The notes: generated from the sequence alone by a model not told the origin. A DNA stretch of 52,410 nt from a virus (IMGVR_UViG_3300048852_000035:1-52410), one strand, 5' to 3'; counted from the stretch's first letter, positions 18,569 to 28,407 are shown. Numbers and translations are program-made.

Positions 18569-19009
18569 CTATATTCTCCAAGCCGCTAGTGTGCGCGCCG
18601 TCATTCGCCCGAAGCCGCCGTGCATGCGCACAAGCCAGCCTTGGCCGTCATGGATTGCGCCGAATTGGCGATGGATGTTGGATGGACTGCCGATGACGCC
18701 GATAGCGCCGCGCGCGGGCCGCTGGATGCGCTTGCCGTTGATGTTGGCAACGCAGGTCGCCACGAGCGGAACAGCGCCATCGTGGGCCGTTATGATGGCG
18801 AGGAAGCCTTCGTCGCTGTCGTACGTGCCGCGTAAGTGACTGGCGGGGTCGGGATGACCGAGCCAAACGGCCCAGTCTGCGAGAACCATGCAGCAATCAA
18901 CGTGGCCCGGTTGCCAATGGCGGGTGTTGTTGTCGGCGAGGAAGGCGGCGAGTTGACACGACTTATGGTGGTCGCCATGCTGAGGTGCATGCAACTTGGA
19001 GAGGGACAT
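18569..19009 (-). CDS. NlpC/P60-like tail protein (DUF6950-like)
   Basis: WQPGHVDCCMVLADW...LRGTY; start uncertain. Confidence 0.75.
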   Translation of the reverse strand: MSLSKLHAPQHGDHHKSCQLAAFLADNNTRHWQPGHVDCCMVLADWAVWLGHPDPASHLRGTYDSDEGFLAIITAHDGAVPLVATCVANINGKRIQRPARGAIGVIGSPSNIHRQFGAIHDGQGWLVRMHGGFGRMTARTLAAWRI

Positions 19010-19214
19010 GGAAATTAAGGAACTTCAGCAGAGGGTCGAGGCGCTTGAGCTAGTGCTCAAGGAGGTGATCGGCGTCATAATTGGCACCAATCCTCAATTG
19101 CGCAGCGCGCTTAGTCCCGCGTTGCGCGACGTAGCCAGCGGACAACCGGACGGACCCACCAAGGATATGATTGAACGACTTCTTTCTCTTCCCGAACGGC
19201 AGAGTCAGCAATAA
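19008..19214 (+). CDS. Small counter-oriented hypothetical protein
   Basis: GGAGAGGG RBS; coiled-coil MEIKELQQRVEALE. Confidence 0.6.
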   Translation: MEIKELQQRVEALELVLKEVIGVIIGTNPQLRSALSPALRDVASGQPDGPTKDMIERLLSLPERQSQQ

Positions 19215-19311
19215 TCTCCGCCAGCCGACGCGGTATCGGCCATTCAGGAGGCGTCGCATTGAGCGGGGCTTTACCCAAGCCCCACTCCTCAAATGTCTTC
19301 TCTTCAGCCAT
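19111..19311 (-). CDS. Small hypothetical protein
   Basis: GGAG RBS directly after the tail gene stop; overlaps a + strand ORF. Confidence 0.4.
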   Translation of the reverse strand: MAEEKTFEEWGLGKAPLNATPPEWPIPRRLAEIIADSAVREEKEVVQSYPWWVRPVVRWLRRATRD

Positions 19312-19320
19312 TTCGGTCTC

Positions 19321-19893
19321 CTACCAGTTCGGCCACGATATTTTTTGATCTCGCATCAGCGGCACGCGCTTGCAGAACTCGTCGTCGGCCGCAGATGGAT
19401 TCAAGATGGCGGAACGCGCCCGCTGGTCGACGTCCGACAAGACCGCGCCGTTCGTCACAGTGCGGAGCGTGAAGCGGTTGGTGATTTCGATATTCACCAT
19501 CGACCGAATGCCGTCAGCGCTCGATTCGTCAACAACGTCGAGATTGTCGATCTCGCCGGTAAACACGACAATCGCATCGCCGTCGGGCTGCTCGTCCTCG
19601 TCGAGGATTTGCAATTTCACCACGAACGGCGAGCCCTGCACCGTGCTCGTCTCGTCGTAATCCCAGATGCTATCGGCGGCCGATTGGCTGATCGAGATGA
19701 GCGACAGCGCCAGCGTGAACGCCTCGCCGTTGATTGCCGCCTCGATCGACTGCAGCGCGTCCTCTGTGAACTGCGCCGGCCGATAGATATTGCCCTCGCC
19801 GTCGACGAACCTGCCGCCAGATCCATCCCACACGCGAATGGTCTCTTCCGGAAGAACCGCGTCGCAGAGGATGCGCAGCGATTTAATCGGCAT
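19321..19893 (-). CDS. Minor tail protein (hub-associated)
   Basis: Position between distal tail and NlpC genes; LSDVDQRAR...WPNW. Confidence 0.75.
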   Translation of the reverse strand: MPIKSLRILCDAVLPEETIRVWDGSGGRFVDGEGNIYRPAQFTEDALQSIEAAINGEAFTLALSLISISQSAADSIWDYDETSTVQGSPFVVKLQILDEDEQPDGDAIVVFTGEIDNLDVVDESSADGIRSMVNIEITNRFTLRTVTNGAVLSDVDQRARSAILNPSAADDEFCKRVPLMRDQKISWPNW

Positions 19894-20059
19894 TGTCGCC
19901 CGCCCGCCCGTCGTCCGCTTGCTTGCGGAAGATCAGCCGCCAACTGTAAGTGGCGCGCCGAATGACCTGGAACGGCTCGTAACCGTCGGCTTCCCACTCG
20001 TTCAGGGTGCTCTCTACGGTCGTGCGCTCGTCTTCAATAAGATCAACAACCTTGTACAT
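19883..20059 (-). CDS. Small hypothetical protein (DUF4177-like)
   Basis: GGAGG RBS; MYKVV...LNEWEADGYE...LIFRK. Confidence 0.6.
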   Translation of the reverse strand: MYKVVDLIEDERTTVESTLNEWEADGYEPFQVIRRATYSWRLIFRKQADDGRAGDNAD

Positions 20060-20084
20060 GCGGCCCTCCCTTCCTTGGCGGACG

Positions 20085-20792
20085 CTACAAATTCGACCAA
20101 TAATCAACCGCTTCCACAAACGAGACCGACGGCAACGAGAATTTCCCAACCGCGTTCTGGTCGATGTCCATGCCGCGGTCCTCCGCCAGATGGCAGAGGC
20201 ACGTCGGCTGATCGAACTCGAGAGCGGCGCCGGCAGGAATAAGCTCGCGTACCGACGGTGAAATCGGCACGGTCCAGATGTCGCCGCTTATGCTGGTGAC
20301 TGGCCCGGTTTCGTAGAGCGCGTGGTTGTAGCTGAATCTCACACCCACGAGGTTGGCGTCGGCGTTGATGATGCGCAGCCGGATAGACGTTGCGCCTACC
20401 GGCGTCACGCCGTCGGTGACGACCGAAATGGCGCCCTGCGTATACGGCGTGTCGTCGTCAAACGGCGAGTCGTCGCTATGGTCGGTCTCGATGACAGGCT
20501 CGAACTTGCCGGAGACATACGGCGCCGACAGGCTAGAACGGACACGGACCGCGATCAGACCGGAGCGGCCGCCGAGCTTTTGGGCTATAGCATTCCACGT
20601 TTGCCAAGCCTGGCGCGAGCGGTTCTGCATCACAATGCCGGAGTACGTTATGATCCAATAACCGAGGTCCGTCCTCGTACTCGGCTCAATGCCACCTAGC
20701 GTTCTGCCGCCCGATCTGGTGAACGGCACCAGATCGGCAGAAGCGCTCTGCGGCGTTAGCACGCAGAGCGGCCATTGCAGAATCGAACTCAT
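20085..20792 (-). CDS. Distal tail protein
   Basis: Immediately after the tape measure gene; ISPSVR...LEFDQP. Confidence 0.75.
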   Translation of the reverse strand: MSSILQWPLCVLTPQSASADLVPFTRSGGRTLGGIEPSTRTDLGYWIITYSGIVMQNRSRQAWQTWNAIAQKLGGRSGLIAVRVRSSLSAPYVSGKFEPVIETDHSDDSPFDDDTPYTQGAISVVTDGVTPVGATSIRLRIINADANLVGVRFSYNHALYETGPVTSISGDIWTVPISPSVRELIPAGAALEFDQPTCLCHLAEDRGMDIDQNAVGKFSLPSVSFVEAVDYWSNL

Positions 20793-23053
20793 CAGCGCCA
20801 CTCTGCTCCCGCTTTATTTTTCTGGTGAGCCGCCATCGTCGGAACGACGTTCTGGTTTGCAGCAGACACGATCTTGGGGGCCGCGGTTGCGACTTCCTTC
20901 TGAGAGACGGACTGGACAAACGGCAAAAGATTTCCGTTGTTGTCGGCAGACACGCCAACCGTCACGTGAACCTGCTGTTGCCCCGCGCTGCTGCGCTTCG
21001 GGATCGACGGAGCCTGAAACTTCACCGGAATACTGCGGCCATCCGGAAGCGGAACCGCCGCCTCTGGCCCAGCCTCGCCAAAAATCGCAGCCGATCGCGA
21101 AACGCCGCCACGCGCGAAGCGCTTCAGTGGCTGCGGCCGACCGTGCGCAGCAATGCCGCCATTGGCAAACGGGAAGATCGCCCCGAGTAACCCGCCAAGG
21201 AGCCCTCCGCTTCCGCCTCCGCCAGGTGCGCCAAACGGCCCCTTGCCGAGGATTGCGGCCTGAGCCACAGCCTCAATGAGGGTATTCAGGAACTTGTCGA
21301 GCGCCTTGTTGCCAGTCTCGATCTTAGGGATGAGCTCGGAGAATGCGTCGTAAAATGCATCACCGAAGAACTCGGCCTGCTCTCGTACCTTGTCCTGCGT
21401 GGCCGCCAGCTTCTCAGCCGCTGACGAGGCATTGGCGTACCCTGCGGCCAGTCCGTCGATTTGCGCGGTGAGTTCTGGCGTAATTTCCTTGCCAGCGCTC
21501 TTTGCTGCATTCAGCAAATCTTGCTTTGAAGCAGCGAATTCAACGGCATATCCGAAATCATTTAGAAGCGGGTTTAGCCCAGCCTGCGCGGCAGTCTCGG
21601 CCTGAATGGCTGCTGTGCGCTCCTGGATCTGCTCGATTTCTCGCTGCAGTTCGTCAGCGCTGCCACTACCACCGCCGCCACCGCCTCGGCTGCGACCACC
21701 TCCTCCGCCGCCGCGACTCGGTGGCGGCTTGAAATCAGGTAAGGAGACTGGATTAACGGCGGCCTTCTTGCGCTTGCCGCCTCTCGTCCTTGGCCCACCT
21801 ATAGAGGTCGACCCAGACTCGGGCACGGCTTCGATGCCGTTCTCGCCAAGTTGGTAGCCTTCGACAAAGTCCGGCATGGCTGCCGCAGCGGCCCTGACTT
21901 CGGCAAGCTTGCCGAGCACTTCATTCAGGCGAGCGACCGCCTCGGTGTTATCGAATCCGAGGTTGGTGTTTTTCTCAATGGTCGCCTGAAGCAGCTCGAC
22001 TTCCCGCTCGAGCGCCTTTACCGCGTCCTCCGCCGGCTCTTTATCAACGTTTATCACGTTGCCGGCGGCGTCGGTTACGCCGGAGATTCTGTTCAGTGTA
22101 TCAAGAACCGCATTCAATCCCTCGTTGTTGGCGAGGAAATCCCTGAATGCCGTGTCGGCGTCCTGAATTTTCTTGATCAGGCCAGAAACGTCGAAACTAT
22201 CAATGGCGCCGGCTGCATTGTTAATGCCATGCGCAAAACGCTCGCTCGCGCCAGTCGACTGATTAAACTCGCGAACGACATTTGTTAGGGACGTCCAGAG
22301 ATTGTTAGAGGCCTGTGCGATCGTGAATGTTGCTGTGGCGGCCTTTTGCTCAAGGATGACGGAGCCAGCTTCGAAAGCGCGAAAGAAGGCCTCTGAAGAA
22401 ATCTGACCGTCTACAACCAACTGCTTCAATTGCGAAACAGATCCGCCGGCTTCCTTCAGGCCGGCAGCTGCCGCCTGAGCGATGGTCGGCGCGCCTTCAA
22501 GGATAGAGTTGAATTCCTCGGCCTGCACCTTGCCGCTGCCGAGCGCCTGGCCCAACTGCAACAATGCGCCACTGGCGGCCTGCGCGTCCGTACCGGCCAC
22601 GCGCAGAGCCAAGGCAACGTTGTTGGTGAAATTGAGCAGTTCCCCGCTGGTGACGCCAAGTTCCTTCTGCGCCTGCGCCGCTTTGCTGTACAGCGAAGCA
22701 AGCGTCTCGATGGGGGCTCCATTGGCTATCGCCGCCTTAGACAGCCCTTCGTACACACGCTCTAATTCCGCGCCAGAGAGACCAGCCACCTTCAGCGAGT
22801 TGTCAATGCGGGTGGCCGCCTCAGAGAGGCTGCCAAGACCGCGGATAACATCCGTGAAGACGAAGGCGCCGGCAACTGCGGCTCCTGCCTGCACCAGGGA
22901 TGCGGTCATGGCCTTGCCGGTAGATGCGGCTTGCTTTTGAATTTGCCCCATCTGGCGATTGGTTATACCGCGCGCCTTGGTGAGGGAATTTTGGTATCCG
23001 CGCAGGTCCGCACTCAACTGGACGACGAGGCGCTCAAGATCGGTTCCAGCCAT
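20792..23053 (-). CDS. Tail tape measure protein
   Basis: LERLVVQLSAD; ALLQLGQALGSGKVQAEEFNSILE; FGEAGPEA. Confidence 0.93.
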   Translation of the reverse strand: MAGTDLERLVVQLSADLRGYQNSLTKARGITNRQMGQIQKQAASTGKAMTASLVQAGAAVAGAFVFTDVIRGLGSLSEAATRIDNSLKVAGLSGAELERVYEGLSKAAIANGAPIETLASLYSKAAQAQKELGVTSGELLNFTNNVALALRVAGTDAQAASGALLQLGQALGSGKVQAEEFNSILEGAPTIAQAAAAGLKEAGGSVSQLKQLVVDGQISSEAFFRAFEAGSVILEQKAATATFTIAQASNNLWTSLTNVVREFNQSTGASERFAHGINNAAGAIDSFDVSGLIKKIQDADTAFRDFLANNEGLNAVLDTLNRISGVTDAAGNVINVDKEPAEDAVKALEREVELLQATIEKNTNLGFDNTEAVARLNEVLGKLAEVRAAAAAMPDFVEGYQLGENGIEAVPESGSTSIGGPRTRGGKRKKAAVNPVSLPDFKPPPSRGGGGGGRSRGGGGGGSGSADELQREIEQIQERTAAIQAETAAQAGLNPLLNDFGYAVEFAASKQDLLNAAKSAGKEITPELTAQIDGLAAGYANASSAAEKLAATQDKVREQAEFFGDAFYDAFSELIPKIETGNKALDKFLNTLIEAVAQAAILGKGPFGAPGGGGSGGLLGGLLGAIFPFANGGIAAHGRPQPLKRFARGGVSRSAAIFGEAGPEAAVPLPDGRSIPVKFQAPSIPKRSSAGQQQVHVTVGVSADNNGNLLPFVQSVSQKEVATAAPKIVSAANQNVVPTMAAHQKNKAGAEWR

Positions 23054-23067
23054 TCGCTTTACGCCTT

Positions 23068-23391
23068 ATGATTGATCCACGCACGACCCCGGGGGGCGGC
23101 ATGAAGAAGACTGTTCTGGCCGCAGTCGCGGCCATATTGCCCACTGGCGCTTCAGCCAACGAGATTGAAGACGCGATGAAGCGAATTGGCCCCGCTTACA
23201 TGTGCGGGCCAACGCATGAGTACCGCGAGGCTTTAGATGAACTGAAGCAGGCGCTCCTAGGTGCCGGAGTTCCGGAGACGTTGGCTGGATACGCGATTGA
23301 CGGTGTATCCGACTTCGTCACTAGGGAGCATGCTGCCAAGCGCCAAACGATAACGGCAAAGGAATGCGCAGAAGTATACGGCAGGGCTTAA
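23068..23391 (+). CDS. Counter-oriented secreted moron protein
   Basis: Signal peptide MKKTVLAAVAAILPTGASA (likely start 23101); two Cys. Confidence 0.65.
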   Translation: MIDPRTTPGGGMKKTVLAAVAAILPTGASANEIEDAMKRIGPAYMCGPTHEYREALDELKQALLGAGVPETLAGYAIDGVSDFVTREHAAKRQTITAKECAEVYGRA

Positions 23392-23603
23392 AACCCGCCT
23401 TCTTCCTTCGACTGCATCCACTTCCACAGATCGTCTGCTTCTGCGCTCGACATCTTGTCTTCACCGCCGCCGTTCGCCCTGACGTGCCCGTCAAACGCAG
23501 CCGTGAACTGCCACATTGACATCTCGTTTACTTGCTGCGGCGTGAATCCCATTGAGGCGCCAACTCCGTAAATAGAAGCAAAGCGCCACTTGCCGTTAGG
23601 CAA
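23388..23603 (-). CDS. Tail assembly chaperone, downstream (T-like) frame
   Basis: MGFTPQQVNEMSMWQF; in the -1 frame relative to the upstream chaperone. Confidence 0.7.
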   Translation of the reverse strand: MPNGKWRFASIYGVGASMGFTPQQVNEMSMWQFTAAFDGHVRANGGGEDKMSSAEADDLWKWMQSKEEGGF

Positions 23604-23608
23604 GTCAT

Positions 23609-23965
23609 CTACGCTGCTTCTGGAATTGGCGCCTCCGGCTCCCCCACCGGCTCCTCAGGTGCTCCAAGAAGGCCGGCAGACAGAACGGCAATCGCATAGG
23701 GGTGGTTCTCGAGGGGTGGCCTCGCCTCGACGTAGGCGCGCACCTTTCTGAGCGCGGCGGACGGCTCCATGCCACCGCCGATTAGCCCTAGGCGGATAAC
23801 GTTCGAGATATCCTCAACGCGCCACTGGTGCGAATGCAGGCGATGCAGGACCACGTATGGCCCCGCATCTGTCTTTTCTTGGAGCTCTGCGAGTTGCCCC
23901 CAGCGGAGCGCAAATCGGTATGTGCCGTCCGCCCAGTCTAGGTCAATCGCGGCGTCGCGGCTCAT
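23609..23965 (-). CDS. Tail assembly chaperone (GTA gp10-like)
   Basis: WADGTYRFALRWGQLAELQE...IRLGLIGGGM; between tube and tape measure genes. Confidence 0.85.
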   Translation of the reverse strand: MSRDAAIDLDWADGTYRFALRWGQLAELQEKTDAGPYVVLHRLHSHQWRVEDISNVIRLGLIGGGMEPSAALRKVRAYVEARPPLENHPYAIAVLSAGLLGAPEEPVGEPEAPIPEAA

Positions 23966-24402
23966 TAGAACGTATCCGTGCGAACCAACGCGCCGTCGGA
24001 CTGCATCGACACATTGAGAGTGACGCGACCGCCCTGCTCGGCGCCGATCTCGAGCGATTCAACGTGCATAGAACCGGTCCAAGTGACCGTGCCCGTCGAA
24101 AACTCGATTTCCACTTTGACGGCAACCGAATTGACGCTTTCGTAGGCGTCAAGCCAGGTCTCGACAGCGGATGCAGCGAGAACGCCCTCGCCGGAGACCG
24201 ACGCCGAAATGCTCTCAACGTCGCGGCCGAGCGTGATCGGCGCATCAGGGTCATCGCAATCGGGGAGCGCGACTTCGGAAAGCGACTTCGAAAGCGTCAG
24301 CGACTTAGAGGTGAACCCGCAAGGCGCGGTGTAGGTGCCGGTGCCTGCAAGGTCGAGCAGCACGCGGAATTTGCCAAAGCGAGCCGTTACAGGCTGAGCC
24401 AT
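23965..24402 (-). CDS. Tail tube (major tail) protein
   Basis: APCGFTSKSLT...SVSGEGV...MQSDG. Confidence 0.88.
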   Translation of the reverse strand: MAQPVTARFGKFRVLLDLAGTGTYTAPCGFTSKSLTLSKSLSEVALPDCDDPDAPITLGRDVESISASVSGEGVLAASAVETWLDAYESVNSVAVKVEIEFSTGTVTWTGSMHVESLEIGAEQGGRVTLNVSMQSDGALVRTDTF

Positions 24403-24442
24403 GTCGTAATCTCCAAATTGTAATGGTGGGTGCGGCGTGCCG

Positions 24443-24859
24443 CTAGTTGACTTCGAGAAGCGCCGTAACGCTGATTATCGCGCGATTGGTCGCACCGTCG
24501 CTTTCGCGCTGGTATCGCGTGATGCGGTGGCGAATGCTCGCCAGCGCATTGGTAGGAAGAGAAATTTCAGCCTCGTGCAGCGCGGCACGGACGGCGCCGG
24601 AAAGTTTGCGGACCTGGGCATCGCTGAACGCCTCTCCGCTCCCCCACGACCAGCAATCAATCTGCATGGTCACCTCTAGGCCGTCTATGCAGTCCGCGTC
24701 GTCCGTCAGCGCGTCAGACGGCCCCATCGAGATGTATGGCGGCGTCAGGGCCCCATCTGGAGGCCGGTTATAGACGCGAGAGCCGACGAATGACGCAACC
24801 GTCGGGGCAGCCTTCAAGCGCGATATGATGGCGGCTGTTAGTTCATAAGTAGGGTCCAC
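24443..24859 (-). CDS. Tail terminator (DUF3168)
   Basis: RVYNRPP...PYISMG...QIDCWS. Confidence 0.85.
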   Translation of the reverse strand: MDPTYELTAAIISRLKAAPTVASFVGSRVYNRPPDGALTPPYISMGPSDALTDDADCIDGLEVTMQIDCWSWGSGEAFSDAQVRKLSGAVRAALHEAEISLPTNALASIRHRITRYQRESDGATNRAIISVTALLEVN

Positions 24860-25341
24860 TAGCCGCCTCCTGCTGCCACTTCTTTAGCGGATTTGTTGAT
24901 GGCGCGAGTGATGCGACTTTTGACGCGCTTGCGGTTGGCCCTAAAACTCACAAAGAAGAATGGCGATGCCGCGATTGCCGGTATCGTTGCACCAGCGAAC
25001 ATGCCGCCAGCAGTGTGCGCTGCCGTGCCGAATTCCACGAAGCGCGCGTAATAAGCGTCAGCGTTGCCGGCATAGATCGTGATCGTGTTCTCGCTGCCTG
25101 TATTGCGCATGCCTTGGCCACGCACAGTAGCTATCGTCAGCGCGCCTTTGGGGGCTGTACCCCAAGTCCAGTCAATACTGTTTTTGAGGTCGCCACTATC
25201 TGTCGGAACTAGCGCCTTCATCATGGCGACGATTTCGTCGGCACCCTGCTGCATCGCCTCGCGAATCCGCCTGCGCGCCGCTACCGGCAGAAGCGCAAGC
25301 TTCCTGTTAAGCCGATCGAGCCCAATAACTTTCGAACTCAT
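24859..25341 (-). CDS. HK97 gp10-like tail completion protein
   Basis: VPTDSGDLKNSI, YYARFVEFGT. Confidence 0.88.
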   Translation of the reverse strand: MSSKVIGLDRLNRKLALLPVAARRRIREAMQQGADEIVAMMKALVPTDSGDLKNSIDWTWGTAPKGALTIATVRGQGMRNTGSENTITIYAGNADAYYARFVEFGTAAHTAGGMFAGATIPAIAASPFFFVSFRANRKRVKSRITRAINKSAKEVAAGGG

Positions 25342-25688
25342 GCCGCCGCCTGCGTGCCGATCGTCGCCAGCATCTCGATGTAACGATTTTTCTGATCGGT
25401 ATTCACTGGCGGAGAGGTAATGGCGTATTCTGCTCCAGATCGCGCGTCAACTGCGCGCCAAGTGGCATCCACGGCGCGCGTGGCGACATGCGACCTCACG
25501 CGAATCGTGACCGGCTGCAAGCCCTGCAAACGAGCGCCCATGACGGCCTCGGAGCCCATGCGCGGGATTATCTCGGCGGGGTCGGTGAATACTGTTGCGA
25601 AGTCGCCCACAACCTCGTTGCCGTAGCCGTCCGACTCAACGGTTCGCCGTTGGAAGTGTAGCGACGCGCGAAGCTTGCCTGCGGTCAT
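25338..25688 (-). CDS. Head closure / head-tail adaptor (SPP1 gp16-like)
   Basis: MTAGKLR...DGYGN...VTIRVR. Confidence 0.85.
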   Translation of the reverse strand: MTAGKLRASLHFQRRTVESDGYGNEVVGDFATVFTDPAEIIPRMGSEAVMGARLQGLQPVTIRVRSHVATRAVDATWRAVDARSGAEYAITSPPVNTDQKNRYIEMLATIGTQAAA

Positions 25689-25839
25689 TTGTCGGCCTTT
25701 CGGTGGGTTCAGCCCTGCCTGCCGCAATCGCCGCGGCCGCGCAAGCGCGCGTGACATTCTTCACGTCGCCCGCCCTGAAGGCGATCGTCACAGGCGGTCG
25801 AGGTTTCCAGTCGTAGTCGGCCAGAAACCTCATCCACAT
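25636..25839 (-). CDS. Small head-region hypothetical protein
   Basis: TAATG coupling; VTRACAAAAIAAGRA. Confidence 0.65.
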   Translation of the reverse strand: MWMRFLADYDWKPRPPVTIAFRAGDVKNVTRACAAAAIAAGRAEPTERPTNDRRQASRVATLPTANR

Positions 25840-26249
25840 TAGAGAGCAACACCGGTATAGCTGATGTCGAGCGCCAGTACTGTCGTCGACTTCGACATGC
25901 CAAGCAGGACAACGTAGTCGCCCGCGAGAATGTCGGCGTAAGGCGCCATTCCGCCAGGGGTCGCCGACAAGTAGTAAGATACGCCGGCCGTGAGTGTGCC
26001 GCCGATAGTAATGTCGCCTGACTTCTGCACTGCAATCGGTTGGCTGTCGCTGGCGCCGTTCAGCGCTATGCCCTGCGCTTGTCGTACAGCTGCCGTAGCG
26101 GAGTCATTGTCAGCCAGCATCCACTTCTTCGTGGTTGAATTCTGGTAGACGACTTGGCCCGCCGTGATTGCTTCCCCAGCCGCGCCGTGCACGACAGCAG
26201 CATTGCTTCCGGCAAGTACGCTCGCCGGAGTAATTACGATATCCGCCAT
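25839..26249 (-). CDS. Capsid decoration/cement-like protein
   Basis: AGEAITAGQVVY...GIALNGA...YYLSATPG. Confidence 0.7.
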   Translation of the reverse strand: MADIVITPASVLAGSNAAVVHGAAGEAITAGQVVYQNSTTKKWMLADNDSATAAVRQAQGIALNGASDSQPIAVQKSGDITIGGTLTAGVSYYLSATPGGMAPYADILAGDYVVLLGMSKSTTVLALDISYTGVAL

Positions 26250-26266
26250 TTGAATCCCTCTGCGGC

Positions 26267-26812
26267 TTACGCGCCGCGTCTATAATTTGTCAGCAGCGCG
26301 TCAAACGCCGTCCAATCGTCAAGCTTCGCGTTCTCGCGAACCTCGTAGGCATCAGCGATAAACAGCAGGATTGCATGCTTCACGGCCGCAGGCGCGTCGG
26401 CGTAACCGACAACTGCAGTCACGGTGATTCGCGAACCGATCTGTATCGGCGGCCACTGCTGGCCGTATTTCGCGACGATCGACGCCTCTAGCCCATCCGC
26501 GCGAAGCTCGTAAACAGATCCAGCTACGGTTTGCTCTGTTCCCTCGGCATCGATGTACTTAATCGAAGTCACCGACGAAACGGGCGCCTCTGGCAACCGT
26601 TCGAGATCGCAAAAACCGTCGCACTTCATTTCAACGGTTTGTGTCGCGAAACGCGTGTTGCAGTATTTCTCAGCGTGATCCCGCGCCGATTCGATCATCA
26701 AGTCGATGTCGGAGTCGTCGTCACCGAAATCTACGCGCAGACGACGCTTTGCGTATTCAGTCGTGACCGGCTCACTCGTCGCCGGGATCGTTATTCTCGT
26801 TGGATACCACAT
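26267..26812 (-). CDS. Head-tail connector (gp6-like)
   Basis: EPVTTEYAKRRLRVD...PAAVKHAILL..YEVRE. Confidence 0.88.
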   Translation of the reverse strand: MWYPTRITIPATSEPVTTEYAKRRLRVDFGDDDSDIDLMIESARDHAEKYCNTRFATQTVEMKCDGFCDLERLPEAPVSSVTSIKYIDAEGTEQTVAGSVYELRADGLEASIVAKYGQQWPPIQIGSRITVTAVVGYADAPAAVKHAILLFIADAYEVRENAKLDDWTAFDALLTNYRRGA

Positions 26813-27002
26813 CAGCCTTGCCCTTCTTGCGCCTCTCTGCGGCAGGCTGCGCGACTGCGCGCTCTGTCTTTTCCTCAGCAACCGGAACGGCGTAGCCAGC
26901 GTCGATCAGCCTGATTGCTTCCGCCTGCGTGAAGTCACGCTCATCGCCAGGGCTAAGCGAATATTCATTGCCAGCTAGGCTGACCAACATTTTAATTTTC
27001 AT
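26772..27002 (-). CDS. Small hypothetical protein following the major capsid gene
   Basis: EAIRLIDAGYAVPV; GGAG RBS. Confidence 0.7.
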   Translation of the reverse strand: MKIKMLVSLAGNEYSLSPGDERDFTQAEAIRLIDAGYAVPVAEEKTERAVAQPAAERRKKGKADVVSNENNDPGDE

Positions 27003-27048
27003 GATATCTCCCAAGGAAGGAAGGCGGGCCGAAGCCCGCCATCCAAGA

Positions 27049-28329
27049 TTAAGCAGCAGCCATTACGAGGTGCTTCACCGCAGCGGTGTCGCCGAGCTCT
27101 CCGTCGAAGCGGATCAGGCCAGCAATGCCGAGATCCGGCCAGAAGCGCTCACGGAGGACACCGATGACCGGCGAGCCAACCTTACGGACGAAATACTTGG
27201 AGAAGTCGCCGAAGATCACCGGCTTGGCGCTAGCAGCGATTGCCGGCACGTCATCGTTGATCTCGTAGCGGAAGCCAAGCAGCGTGCCAGGCTCGCCCTT
27301 CTGGATGTCACCCATCTGCCATAGATAGTTGCCGTCGCCGTCCTTCAGCTTGCGGATAGCGGCGAGAGTGAGGTCTGCGAACATCCAGCGCGTCTTCGGA
27401 GAACGGCGATAGGCCGCATTGACCGAGTGCAGGAGATCGATGAGTTCGTCGGAGGTCAGGGCAGCTGCAGCAGCGGCAGTCTTGCCGAGCGAAGACGCGG
27501 TGACAACACCGTGCGGGTCATCGGTTCCATCTCCGATGGTCAGCTCGCGGTTCGCGATGCGGCCGAGACGTTCGCCGAGCAGAGCGCCGAGCAGAGCTTC
27601 CATGTTGAAGATGCTGTCCTGCGCCAGCTCCATCGAGAACTTCACGAACTCGGTGTCGTAGACGTACGCATCCAGTCTCTTTTGGCCGAACGTGGCGTCC
27701 TTAGCGCCGGTATCACCGAGGGCGTTGCCTTCCGTGTGCTTGACTGCGGTCACAGCCGTGTCGTCGACAGTCGGGATATTGATCTGATTTCCGGAGTTGG
27801 TGGAAATCACGGTAGCGATGTTTTCGTCGTACATCGGCCCGAAATCCTTCATCGACTTGACGATGAAGTCGGCGAGCTCGACAGGAACGGTGTAGCCGCC
27901 GGCAGTGTTGGTGCCGGTCGTCTGCATGCGGAATTCCTTGGTGGACTGAACGCCCGCCTTCAGAACCGAGCGCTCTTCGGCAGAGAGTTCGCCGAGATCA
28001 GCGCCGCTAGCAAGAAACTTGTAGAACACATTGCGGTATTCAAGCTTCTCTCCAGCATCCTGGCCACGGGCTTCGCCGTCGCCGCCGTTCGGGCGCTTCT
28101 TTGCGCGCTCCTCGCGTTGACGCTCTTCGAAGCGGGATTCCAGAGCCGACATGCGCTCTTCACGCTCGATCCTGCGCTCGAGAGCGTCGAACTCGGACAT
28201 GATGGTGTCGTGTCGGGCCTCGAGCTCGGCGGAGCGGGCTTCGTCGATGTTGGCATTGATTTCGTTCAGAGCTTCGCGGGCCTGCGTCATAAGACGGCCG
28301 CGCTTCTCCTGCATCTCAGCAAGATTCAT
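27049..28329 (-). CDS. Major capsid protein, HK97 fold (prophage)
   Basis: Coiled-coil delta domain, AGGYTVP, LKDGDGNYLWQ, IFGDFS. Confidence 0.95.
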   Translation of the reverse strand: MNLAEMQEKRGRLMTQAREALNEINANIDEARSAELEARHDTIMSEFDALERRIEREERMSALESRFEERQREERAKKRPNGGDGEARGQDAGEKLEYRNVFYKFLASGADLGELSAEERSVLKAGVQSTKEFRMQTTGTNTAGGYTVPVELADFIVKSMKDFGPMYDENIATVISTNSGNQINIPTVDDTAVTAVKHTEGNALGDTGAKDATFGQKRLDAYVYDTEFVKFSMELAQDSIFNMEALLGALLGERLGRIANRELTIGDGTDDPHGVVTASSLGKTAAAAAALTSDELIDLLHSVNAAYRRSPKTRWMFADLTLAAIRKLKDGDGNYLWQMGDIQKGEPGTLLGFRYEINDDVPAIAASAKPVIFGDFSKYFVRKVGSPVIGVLRERFWPDLGIAGLIRFDGELGDTAAVKHLVMAAA

Positions 28330-28407
28330 TGCAGTCTCCAATCTGTGGTGGGGTGGTGAAATGGCAGGACGGTCCTGCCCTCCGCTTGCCGCGCGGCCCG
28401 CGGGTGA

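Noticed and set aside
21660-21730. CCG/CCA-rich low-complexity repeat
   Set aside because: Encodes an ordinary Gly-rich linker of the tape measure protein
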